64,000 nt of DNA from Octopus sinensis (taxonomy: Eukaryota). The notes beneath the pieces are model-generated. The model was given only the letters and a program-made list of their open reading frames with translations. It ran no database searches and had not been told where the DNA came from. Each line of letters begins with the position of its first letter. Positions within the stretch are counted from its first letter, which is position 1. The stretch lies in contig NC_043020.1 of NCBI RefSeq assembly GCF_006345805.1, positions 2,914,001 through 2,978,000 on the forward strand, read 5' to 3'. Position numbers and translations under genes: made by a program. This document shows positions 26,106 to 37,678 of the stretch, in pieces.

Positions 26106-26490
26106 GGCGTAGGAGTGGCTGTGTGGTAAGTAGCTTGCTTACCAACCACATGGTTCTGGGTTCAGTCCCACTGCATGGTACCTTGGACAAGTGTCTTCTA
26201 CTATAACCTTGGGCCGACCAAAGCCTTGTGAGTGGATTTCATAGACGGAAACTGAAAGCACATTGTATATATGTATATATATATATATGTGTGTGTGTGT
26301 GTCTGTCCCCCCAACATCACTTGACAACCGATGCTGGTGTATTTACGTCCCCGTAACTTAGCGGTTCGGCAAAAGAGACCGATAGAATAAGTACTAGGCT
26401 TACAAAGAATAATTCCTAGGGTTGATTTGCTCGACTAAAGGCAGTGCTCCAGCATGACCACAGTCACATGATTGAAACAAGTAAAAGAGT
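26106..26490 (+). mobile_element. CORE-type tRNA SINE (family B), near full length; other copies near 18603, 19000-19385, 24250, 31520-31850, 32404-32612, 41288, 47968, 55420, 57310, 63540
   Basis: tggctgtgtggtaag A box, ggttcagtccc B box, CORE-like accttgg(g/a)caagt, internal microsatellite, shared tail gaaacaagtaaaagag. Confidence 0.85.
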
Positions 26491-27387
26491 AAATTAGAAA
26501 AATAATTTTGTTATTAGAAAGTCTCTGTTGCCATTCAGAGCAGAAATTAAAATTCAATTTCAATGGAAAGTTTTCATTTGGATCACTTTAAAACACTTTA
26601 AGTCTGTATCGTAGAACAAGTGGGCGGCCCCTGGAGGGTTGGTATCAGAAGAGTTAACCATTGCTGCCACTTCTGCTACCATCACCCCTTATGTACACAC
26701 ATATGAGCACACCCAGACACACATGTGTACACACAGATACATGCAAACACACACACATTCTCAAACCCCAAGAGATGTCTTGCCTTAACCGAGCTGTGCC
26801 ACTTGAATTCTGCAAAACAAAAGAATCAAATAAATCCTAAAGGAAAATCGCACACATGCGCACGCACACACATCCTATAAACACATATTAAGTCAGGCTA
26901 TAAAAATCAAAACCTTGTAGATAAACCAGAAGATTTTGAGCAGCTTGGAAAAATGATCACACCTATCAGTTTCCTCTCTCTTTTAAGGCTCATCAGGGAC
27001 CACTTACTCCTGCCTCCCAACCATCTCTCTTTAAGAATTTTAAAACCTACTTATAAAAACATAAACAAGAGTGTGAGTGTGTGAGTGGTACAACTTGTTC
27101 AAATAATGGTTAAGAGACCAACATTAACAATTAAGTGACCAAGAAAGTGGTGAGCTGGTAGAATCGTTAGTATGCTGGTCAAAATGCTTAACAGCATTTC
27201 ATCCATCTTTACATTCTGGGTTCAAATTCTGCCGAGGTGGACTTTGCCTTTCATCCTTTCAGGGTTGATAAGATAAGTACCAGTTGAGCAGTGGGGTCGA
27301 TTTAATCAACATAGACCCACCTCCAAACTTTCTAGTCATGTGCCAAAATTTAGATGACCAATAATCGGATGACCAACACTGTGTGAA

Positions 27388-27418
<31 letters not shown>

Positions 27419-27888
27419 CTTAATGGACACTTTTTCCAGCTCCAGGCCAACCATTGCCTTGTGAGTGAATCTGGTGGAGGGAAACTGAGTCGAAACCCAG
27501 ATATATATATGTGGTGGTGGTGGAGGATGCATGCATGTGTGTGGATGTGTGCGTACCTCTGTGTTTGTATTTGTTCTCACACCGAGTGACAACTGGTGCT
27601 GGTTTGTTTACATCCCCATAACTAAGGCACTTCAGCAGAAGGGACTCATAAATATGTACCAGACTTAAATATAATGCTGCTAAGCATTTTCCCTGTAGGC
27701 TAACGACTCTGCCAGCTCACAGCCTTAACAAAAGGAAACGATGGATTCATATTTTGGCACAAGGCCAGCAATTTCAGAGAGGTTGGGGGGGGGGTTTACA
27801 TCATCCCCAGTCTTCATCTCTACTACTTATTTTATCAGCCCCAAAAGGATGAAGGGCAAAATCAACCTCAGTGGTTATTTAAACTAAT

Positions 27889-28103
27889 GGTGGCGAGCTG
27901 GCAGAAACGTTAGCACGTTGGGCGAAATGCTTAGCGGTATTTTGTCTCTCGCTACGTTCTGAGTTCAAATTCTGCCGAGGTCGACTTTGCCTTTCATCCT
28001 TTCGGGGTCGATTAAATAAGTACCAGTTATGCACTGGGGTCGATATAATCAACTTAATCCATTTGTCTATCCTCCCTGTGTTTAGCCCCTTGTGGGCAAT
28101 AAA
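27889..28103 (+). mobile_element. Meta-domain-like tRNA SINE (family A); other copies near 8141, 37405, 37680, 39553, 43621, 48745
   Basis: ggcgagctggcagaa head, gagttcaaatt B box and the gcctttcatcctttcggggtcgat..aagtaccag core, repeated throughout the window. Confidence 0.85.
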
Positions 28104-28435
28104 GAACTCAGAATATAAAGACAGACAAAATGCTGCTAAGCAATTTTCTTGCCATGCTGACAATTCTTGCTGCTTTACCGAAATCTCTTCGTTTCCCAAC
28201 AGGACTAAACAGACCAATGAGTTGGCAGTCCAATAAGCAGTTTTGCTCCTTCAGTGGTTTACATTGCAGAAGTTTATACATCAATTTTATATTAGATTCG
28301 TTGCAGGGGCTTACGTTACAGTACAGTGCAAAGTTCAGCCATTTGACTCTCTTTTTTTTCTCTTCCTTTCTAACTACTTGGAGAAAACAGTTTAACTTTC
28401 AAAAATTCAGGGAGAGCTAGAAACAGTTGTTAGTT

Positions 28436-28468
28436 GCATATGTATGTGTGCGTGTGTACGTGTACATT

Positions 28469-28500
<32 letters not shown>

Positions 28501-28825
28501 CGTGTGTGTATGTATGTACATTTATATATATGTACCTGTGTGTGTATATATATATATGTGTGTGTGTACGTACATTTATATATATGTACGTGTGTATATA
28601 TATATATGTGTGTGTGTACATATATATGCATATATGTGTATATATATATATATGTGAGTGTGTACATATATATGCATATATGTGTGTGTGTACATGTATA
28701 TATATATGTACATGTATATATATATATATATTTACACATGCATATGCATATATATAGATACACACACACACAGAGATGTATGTATGTATAAAAATGTATG
28801 TATGCACACGCACAGATACGCACAA
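28436..28825. repeat. Compound (TA)n/(TG)n microsatellite; similar tracts at 24675-24850, 31410-31532, 40255-40670, 44500-44835, 45070-45300
   Basis: Directly visible dinucleotide arrays. Confidence 0.97.
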
Positions 28826-29600
28826 AAATAATAAGAACAACAACAGCCCCCCCCCCCTCTGATAGACACATTACAAGCTTTTATGATAAACTAAACAAGA
28901 GACAAGAAGCCAATTTGTACCCAAAGCAAAAGCAACAGTGAAACACACACCCTGCAAATTCTGAACCAAAAAGAATAAAATCCAGCTCCACCCTTTTTTC
29001 TTTTTTTATCATGGAGATGAAAGAATTCTTAAGAAAAACCGAAAGAAGTTAAATGCAATCCCACTGGAGATGGATTGTCAAGGATTGCTAAGATCGAAAA
29101 ATGCACAGAAATTGAGGACATCAAAATGTGGAATTGTCAACTAGGGTGTCACCAGGGTAGCATGTGTGTGCAAGAGAGAGAGAGAGAGGGGGAGGGAGAA
29201 AGAAAGAAAGATAGAGAGAGAGAGAGAGAGAGAGTGTGTGTTTGTGTTTACATAGATTATCATCATGTCCATTTTCCATATTTGCAAAGGTCAGATGTAA
29301 TTCATTGGGAAAGATTTTTAATGCCCAAGAACCCTTCCTACTGTCAAACCTCACCTATTTCCAAGCAAGGTAATAGTGGTTTTAAATTTTGGTACAAGGC
29401 CAGCAATTTCAGGGGGAGCGGGTAAGCCTGAAGATTGCATGAAGGCATTAGATGTGTTATGAAATGATGTCTGAGTCATTTTCATCACATCAAAATATCA
29501 GCAGCTCATTGTTCTTTAAACAATATTTACCTCTCACCAGATGATGGAGGACTTTTTTTGTTGATCTTATCTTCATGGAGCAAAAAATATATATATATAG

Positions 29601-29814
29601 GCTTTATTTAAAAGCACCAGAAATATAACAAAAGCTGTTACTCAGAGTTTCACGTTCCCGTTCATTAACAAAACTGTCCGACAAACGGGAACGTGGAACT
29701 CTGAGTAACAGCTTTTGTTATATTTCTGGTGCTTTTAAATAAAGCATATTACTCTACCTCTGGTATTTGAGTATTCTTTTCTTCCACCTTGTTTCACATT
29801 TATGTGCTTACTCC

Positions 29815-29816
<2 letters not shown>
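29601..29816. mobile_element. Penelope-like terminal fragment with 62-bp inverted duplication and minimal hammerhead remnant
   Basis: Arms 29601-29662 and 29684-29745 with one mismatch. A related copy lies at 57061-57255. Confidence 0.7.
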
Positions 29817-29856
<40 letters not shown>

Positions 29857-30262
29857 CACACATACACATACTGATGCTCTGCTAATTGATGATGATGATG
29901 ATGATATATGCTATATTTGATGGTATATAAACATATATTGGTTTCTAAAAAATCATCCTGGATCTCATATGTAAAGTTAGGTCTCTCATAAGCTTTAAAG
30001 CACTAAAATCTGACTGCATAAATTTCATTTGACCTATGAAAGCATGGAGAAGTGGACCTTAGGATTATATATGCACACACACACATGCTATTTAAAAAGC
30101 ACCCATTACACCCTGTTAAGTGGTTGGCATTTGGAAGGGCATTCAGCTGTAAAAACCATACCAAAGGAGATATGGAAACTGGTGAAGCCCTCTGGTTTCT
30201 CTACTCTTGTCAAACCGTCCAACACATGCCAGTATGCAAATAAAGGATGTTATATGATGATG

Positions 30263-30301
<39 letters not shown>

Positions 30302-30361
30302 CGTGTGTGTATGTGTACGTATGTATATTTATGTATAAGCATGTGTGTATATATGTGTGTA

Positions 30362-30410
<49 letters not shown>

Positions 30411-30829
30411 ACATACTGATGCTCTGCTAATTGATGATGATGATGATGATATATGCTATATTTGATGGTATATAAACATATATTGGTTTCTAAAAAATCT
30501 CTTTAAAAAATCATCCTGGATCTCATATGTAAAGTTAGGTCTCTCATAAGCTTTAAAGCACTAAAATCTGACTGCATAAATTTCATTTGACCTATGAAAG
30601 CATGGAGAAGTGGACCTTAGGATTATATATGCACACACACACATGCTATTTAAAAAGCACCCATTACACCCTGTTAAGTGGTTGGCATTTGGAAGGGCAT
30701 TCAGCTGTAAAAACCATACCAAAGGAGATATGGAAACTGGTGAAGCCCTCTGGTTTCTCTACTCTTGTCAAACCGTCCAACACATGCCAGTATGCAAATA
30801 AGGATGTTATATGATGATGATATATATAT

Positions 30830-30861
<32 letters not shown>

Positions 30862-30921
30862 CGTGTGTGTATGTGTACGTATGTATATTTATGTATAAGC
30901 ATGTGTGTATATATGTGTGTA

Positions 30922-30952
<31 letters not shown>
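29816..30952. repeat. Near-identical tandem duplication, unit about 545-558 bp
   Basis: ORFs 30029 and 30587 have identical N-termini 558 bp apart. The units differ by a 13-bp indel and microsatellite length. Confidence 0.92.
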
Positions 30953-30953
<1 letters not shown>

Positions 30954-31415
30954 GATGGATGGATAGATAGATCAAAATATAAAATGAAAAAGCAAAACAT
31001 TTGGCATGATTCCAAAAACACTCAATTTACAATAGAGTTTATTATATTCTCTGTGTGGTGCACAGTAGAGACTTTATCTTCTTATCCTAAGCATTCTGCA
31101 CTGTTTATATTCTCTGTGTGAATTAAATGGCTTTTGAATGATGGCAAATGTTTTGCTTTTTCATTTTCCCTTTTAATCTATATTCAAACTGCTCAAGGAG
31201 AAACCACTTCCAGCCACATTTGATAAGCAATTACAGCACCATATTTTTCGGATGCAGTCAGTTGATGAAGAACATTTTGTGTGTGTGTGTGTGTGTGTAT
31301 ATATACATACATATATATATGTACATACACAAACACACACATACATATATGTATATATATATGTAGTAAAATAAGGATTGAAGAATTTTTAGTTGAATGA
31401 ATTGACTCCAGTACT

Positions 31416-31533
<118 letters not shown>

Positions 31534-31955
31534 AAGCCTGGTACTCATTCTATCAATCTCTTTTGCCAAACTGCTTAGTAATGGGGACATAAACACACCA
31601 ACACCAGTTGTCAAGTACTGGTGGGGGACAAATACAGATACAAAGACAAAAACTAATACTTATATATATATATATATATTTATATAAATACAACGGGGTT
31701 CTTTCAGTTTCTGCCTACCAAATCCACTCACAAGCCCTTGGTCAGCCGGAGGCTGTAGTAAAAAACACTTGTACAAGTTGCTACACAGTGGGACTGAACC
31801 AGGAACTATGTGGTTGGGAAGCAAATTTTTTACCACAGAGCCAGACTTGAATCTATATTTGCTAATATTTTTACAAGAGAAAAAAACACAACCAGATACA
31901 TTTGTTCCTGATTCAAAGAAAAGAAAAGAAATCCTCACTTAACTTAGACACTTAC

Positions 31956-32380
31956 TCAACTTTGGTTTTACTTTTACATTTGTTCTTACTGCTACTTGAT
32001 CCTGGCATCTTGGGAGTGTCGTCACCCAGGCATCTGTTCATGTCAGAAGCAGTGGAATCAACAGCCAAGGTCTCATGACTTTTTACTGAAGATGATTCTT
32101 TGGAGTGGCAATTTCGGGTCTCTGCTGCATTGTTGCTATTAGATACCTTTATATGGACATCTTTCTGTTGTTGTTGTTGTTGTTGGGGTACCTTGATCAT
32201 AGTGTCAGACTCGGAATCTGTTGAATTCAGAATCTCCTTTTTCATGGTGGGTATGTTGTCGGATGGGAAGCTGTGGCGTGGTCCTTCTATCTGCTTCTGA
32301 TGTTTCAGTAACCAGGCTTTGTTGATTCTGGCATCTGTAATCTCTTGTTTCATCTCAGAAATATCATAAACTGGTGCCAG
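31956..32380 (-). CDS. RAD52: RAD52 exon, low-complexity linker with Q7 tract (LAPVYDISEMK...KSKTKVE)
   Basis: Open 425-nt frame. Acceptor ttccttcttctgtggcag, donor GA|gtaagt. Phase 0 to 2 fits both neighbouring exons. Confidence 0.9.
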
Positions 32381-32608
32381 CTGCCACAGAAGAAGGAAAT
32401 TAATTGTCAAGCAATGTTGGTGGGGACAAACACAGGCACACAAACACACACACATATATATATATATACAACAAGGTTTTTTCAGTTTTTGTCTACCAAA
32501 TCCATTCACAAGGCTTTGGTTGGCTATAGTAGAAGACACTTGCCCAGGGTGCCACGCAGTGGGACTGAACCCAGAACCATGTGGTAAGCTTCTTACCACA
32601 CAGCCACT

Positions 32609-32647
<39 letters not shown>

Positions 32648-33543
32648 ATAAATAATTTAATGAACACAGTATACCTTTATGAGCTCTACTAATATTTTCA
32701 TGCATTGGAGATGTTGTCTAGGAAAGTTTTAATATGATTTGTAAATTGTATAACCCATGTGCTCAAAGCCTACAGATTGTTCAGACACACAAGGCCTGTT
32801 GTTAAAACCTGCCTAGAAAACATCTCCAATGTATGAAACTATTAGTAGCTCATAACTATATACTGTGTACATTAAACAATATTTATCTCTCACTAGATGG
32901 AGTACTTGTTTTGAAAAATAAACACATACATATATGTATATGTACACACATATTAGACATCATATTTTCTTCCAAATCACTAAAATAATTAACAATATTT
33001 CTTTAAACCAAAAGGAAAGCTTTTAAAGAGTCACTTGCCCTGCTAGACATGTCAGCTAAATCTCTCTGAAATAAACCCCAACATTTAAAAAAAGAATGTA
33101 ACCGTTTCTTAACCCCATCAGTTTAAGTTTATTTTCTATGATGGCTTGAGTTAGGTCAAAGGACCGCATCTCATTCAATATATTCCAATTTTTGGCATGG
33201 TTTCTATGGTTTGATGTCCTTCAAAACACCAAGTTTGCACCAGGTACTGGACACATTTTATTGTGGAACCAGCAATAGTGAGCCTCTGATATACAAAAAT
33301 ATGAGAGTCACAGAATTCCTTTGGTAAAAGATCTGCTCGGTGAAAGTTGTTGAACAACAAAATCAACAAAATCACTTCTTGTTTGATGTGAAAGGAAGAA
33401 CTTTGGTTCAGAAATATACAAGAAACAGCTACAGCTGCTTCCACAATGGAAAACAACCCTAAATTTGAGGACTTATTCAACCCAGGGCATTATTATGGTA
33501 ATTATAGAGAAATGAGGCACAAATTAGGTGCAAATTAACTCAC

Positions 33544-33619
33544 AGGTTTTGCTGCTTTGTTAATGCATCTTAAGTATTCTTTGTCTGATAAACAATTTCC
33601 AAGGGAATTTCCGAAACTT
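33544..33619 (-). CDS. RAD52: RAD52 exon (SFGNSLGNCLSDKEYLRCINKAAKP)
   Basis: SFGNxLGNC motif ending the Rad52 domain. Acceptor cttttcattcacag, donor CCT|gtgagt. 76 nt, phase 2 to 0. Confidence 0.97.
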
Positions 33620-33699
33620 CTGTGAATGAAAAGAGAAAATAACAAAAACCCAAAAAATAAATAAAATAAATTTGAGAGTAAAAGTAGATTGTATCCATG

Positions 33700-33965
33700 T
33701 TCACGTACAAAGTGTGATGCTGTAATGGCAGTGAAACACGGAGACTGAACAGGGAGGATGAGGGAAGTCTGGAGATAAACGGAGCAAGTGTGTTTTGCTA
33801 GAACTGTACCATTAATGTAGATGAACGATGAAATAGTAAGGAGCTGTGAGAAAAACAGAGTCCAGGAGGATATGAGATGCAGGGTTCCAAAGAGAAGCCT
33901 GCATTGGTATGGACAGATAACGAACATGGAAGATAATGGTTTGATAATGAAGTCCCAAGACATCC
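33700..33965 (+). mobile_element. RTE-like LINE fragment
   Basis: RSLHWYGQITNMED matches the RTE RLRWFGHVxRM motif. Confidence 0.65.
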
Positions 33966-33971
33966 AAGTAG

Positions 33972-34405
33972 AAAATAATCCAGAATTCTTGTCTGGCACC
34001 AGATTATTTCCCAAAATCTAATCAGTTTGTGCCAGTCATGAGGCCAAACATCCCTGAAAATTTCATCTGAATCCATCCAGTGGTTCTTGAGATATCTTAT
34101 CCATGGACAAACAAACAAATGTGACTGAAAAGAATACCTCTGCCTTCGCTAAGGCAGAAGTAATAAACTTGATGCTCTCACAAGCGAGAATATTAAAAAA
34201 TTAAGTAAAACAACTGGGAAAATAATCCAGAATCCTTGACTGGTACTGGATCGATCCCAAAATCTAATCAGTTCGTGTCAGTCACAAGGCCAAACATCTC
34301 TGAAAATTTCATCTGAATCCATCCAGCGGTTCTTGAGATATCTTGTCCACGGACAAACAAACAAACTGAAAAGAATACCCCTGCCTTCGCTAAGGAGGAG
34401 ATAAT
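33972..34405 (+). mobile_element. Two tandem copies of a short element with terminal hairpin (HINE/Helentron-like)
   Basis: 33972-34165 and 34220-34405 are collinear. Each has an acaa microsatellite and ends in the hairpin ctgccttcgctaaggcag or a variant. Family assignment is inference. Confidence 0.55.
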
Positions 34406-34444
34406 AATAAATTAGGTTATAAACACTTGTTGTCTTCCACTCAC

Positions 34445-34563
34445 TTTAAAGCTCTCTTCAAACCATCCGTGACCGCTTCCTTCCTTGCTTTCTCAATACT
34501 AAGAGCCTTCGATTTCATTCCTTCGCTTACACCATACCCAATATCTTCATGATAAACTCCATC
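34445..34563 (-). CDS. RAD52: RAD52 exon ([40 protein letters not shown])
   Basis: Translated by hand; not in the ORF track. Hallmark HEDxGYG and [12 protein letters not shown] motifs. Acceptor ttttgcag, donor AA|gtgagt. 119 nt, phase 0 to 2. Confidence 0.98.
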
Positions 34564-35392
34564 CTGCAAAATGTAGCAACAAAAATTAAAATGAGTATAC
34601 ATGTACACTTGTTCAGGTAATATTTGGTGAGTGGATCACTGTTTCAGCTACACACTGGCTCAGTCAATTGTCATTGATCAAAGCAAAACAGGCAACAAAA
34701 TGTGTGGCAGATAAAGAATATTATTATTGTTGCTTGACTGTAATCAATACAGCTGAGAGTTTCTGGAATGCAAGTTGTCAGTTACGGTGAAAGGTGTTTA
34801 ACTGTGTGTTTTCATTTCTTTGTATAATCTGGAAAGTGATGTTTTCCAGGTAGATATACTGATCCCAACATTAAAGCTGTTGAAAAATTTATTGTATCTG
34901 AAAACGTTGCCAGCCTCGCCTGGCCCCTGTGCCAGTGGCACGTAAAAAGCACCTACTACACTCACAGTGTGGTTGGCGTTAGGAAGGGCATCCAGCTGTA
35001 GAAATACTGCCAGATCAGACTGGAGCCTGGTGCAGCCTCCTGGCTTCCCAGACCCCGGTCGAACCGTCCAACCCATGCCAGCTTGGAAAACAGGCATTAA
35101 ACGATGATGATGATGATGAATACCACAATATAAATCCACAACTGATTCAACAAATATTGGAAAGTTGCCATCTTTGATTGCCATCTATGGACTGGACAGC
35201 TTCCCTTCTTGCACCATAGCAATCTATCTAGCAATAATGTTATTTACGGTCAGTTACATATTTGGGCACCCAACTTGTCTTGACCAATGGCTATCAGCCT
35301 GGCTTCTGCATTGTCTATACCCAACTTCACCTATTTAACAAATATGGTCTGCATCTTAAAATAACACTAATTCCCAGTGTGTGTGTGTGTAC

Positions 35393-35749
35393 CAGTGGTT
35401 CTCAACTTGGGTCCACATGACACCATGAAGGTCCATATAAGATTTGAGGGGGTGGTCCCATGCAAGAAAAATAGTGAAATGAGGATCTACAGTAGTATAC
35501 TAAGGGTTCATGAAAAATTTTGCCTTATATTTATTTATTGCCAGAAATTAGCTTGGTTTCTTTCCCTAACATTTTACACAGTTCAACCCACACAAGTGAA
35601 TACGAATAAACGAATTTCGGAAAATAGGAATTTTTAAAGAAGTTTCTATAAGACTAGTTTTTAAACATCAAATGGCTATGGGGGTCCACCAGAAGAAAAT
35701 AGTAATCAAAGGGGCCCATAGGTAAAAAAAAAATGGTCGAGAACCTCTG
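35393..35749. mobile_element. hAT-type MITE
   Basis: TIRs cagtggttctcaac / gtcgagaacctctg; TSD imperfect. Confidence 0.75.
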
Positions 35750-35990
35750 GTGTAGCTGAACAACTATTGACACAAATGTCCGTCATCTGAACTATCGTAG
35801 GACATGTATCTAATCATTAGTTGTTTGCCATGAACCTTCACACACACATAAACACTCACCACACACGTGTGCATTTATACACACCTGCATATATTCTCAG
35901 CACTTATGGTCCAGTTGTTACTGGTCTTAGATTTGAAACTTGAGCAATGAATGATTTAAATGGCAAGAGCTTCTGCATCCAATATCTTAC

Positions 35991-36058
35991 CTTCAATTGC
36001 ACTCTTACAAAAGCACTGACCCCAACATAGTATCTGCCGTTGAAATGGTCGACAAAAT
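35991..36058 (-). CDS. RAD52: RAD52 exon ([23 protein letters not shown])
   Basis: Aligns with human [23 protein letters not shown]. Acceptor tttttgtag, donor AAG|gtaaga. 68 nt, phase 1 to 0. Confidence 0.97.
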
Positions 36059-36786
36059 CTACAAAAAATAACAACAGAAACATAACATGTGTAGCGCATA
36101 ATAGCATTTAACAAAATGAATAAAATAAAGAAAAAAAGAGGAAAATGCTGAGCAGGGGTTCAATGAAACTTTTGTAATTGTATGTCGCATGGTAGGGCCA
36201 CTGGCAACCATACAAAACCTGCTTAGTAAGGGGTGGTAGTTTTCATTGAACCCCCAGGAGAATGAAATACAAAACCTACGAAAGGGCAGATGAACGCAGT
36301 AGAGTCAACAGCCATTCAACAGCTGGTAGTGGCAGATTCTCTGACCTTTCTTTTGACATCTCCCGAGGAGAAAGAAAACTCTGATGTAACTCCTGTGATT
36401 TCGTTTGAGAAAATCATACATTGTTCACAGAGTGTGCAGGACCTTTCTTTAAAAAGCCTCTGGCCCTGTCACTGCTAAATTTTTAATAGGTCTGTCATGT
36501 GTTTCATACTCTATGGCTGGCCATAGTTGAAAAGAGTAAAATACTCAATGAAAAATTTTATGATAAAATGAAAGCATATGTCAACATGGGTCCTTGAACA
36601 CCTACTGCAAGAGGCACCCATCATTGCCACGTTTTTAATTGTGCAAAAACATGTAGGTAACTAGCAGGGCTGAAAAGTCACATCTGTGTTACTTTAAGGG
36701 AACAATCAAGGAATGGTATTGCTCGAAATAATCGTTGAGAGGAAATTGGTGATGCCTTGGCAGAGGTTTGCACTCTCTGGGTGCTC

Positions 36787-36829
<43 letters not shown>

Positions 36830-37641
36830 GGTGGCAAAACAGATGTCAAATGATGAATATAAATACATGTAGACAAATAGATAGATAAACAAATAGAGAT
36901 AGACAGAGAGGAAAGGAAAGAGACAGAATGGAGACTGCCAGGGTAGATATACAGTGTGATATGTGACATTCCATAAGTGGGTCTGTGGTTCTTTTCTGGC
37001 CCAAAACCCATGTTTATGATATTTAATATCATTTAGCTTAAAATCTCAAATTTAATCCAAAAGTTGAACACTGTTTAAAAACAAAGGATGTTATTTTATA
37101 AATAACGAAGGAAATGTGAATAAGAATTTCAAAACAGATGGTTTAACAGCAGAATGTAAGTGGGAAAGAAAGGTGGGGGAAATCTTAGAATTTACTCTTA
37201 ACACAAATATAAACGTCAAATATTTATATTCCAGATACTGCAGCACTGCCACCGAAAATTCATGTGGTTGATGTTGTTATTGTTTAACCCCCTAAATTAG
37301 CCTTACTCTTACATAATCTTACATAATCAATACCGAATGTGAGCAACTGACATAACCCCTATTCAGCATAGTTGTCATTCAATAATAATAATAATAATAA
37401 TGGTCTCAAATTTTGGCACAATCTGAGGGAGGGAGATAGTTGATTATATTGACCCGAGTACTCAACTGGTACTTATTCAAAAAGGATGAAAGGCAAAGTT
37501 GACCGTGGTGGAATTTGAACTCAGAACATGAAGATGGATGAAATACCACTGAGCATTTTGCCCAGCATACTAACAATTCTGCCAGCTCACTACCACCACC
37601 ACCACAATAATAATAATAATATAATAATAATAATAATAATA

Positions 37642-37678
<37 letters not shown>

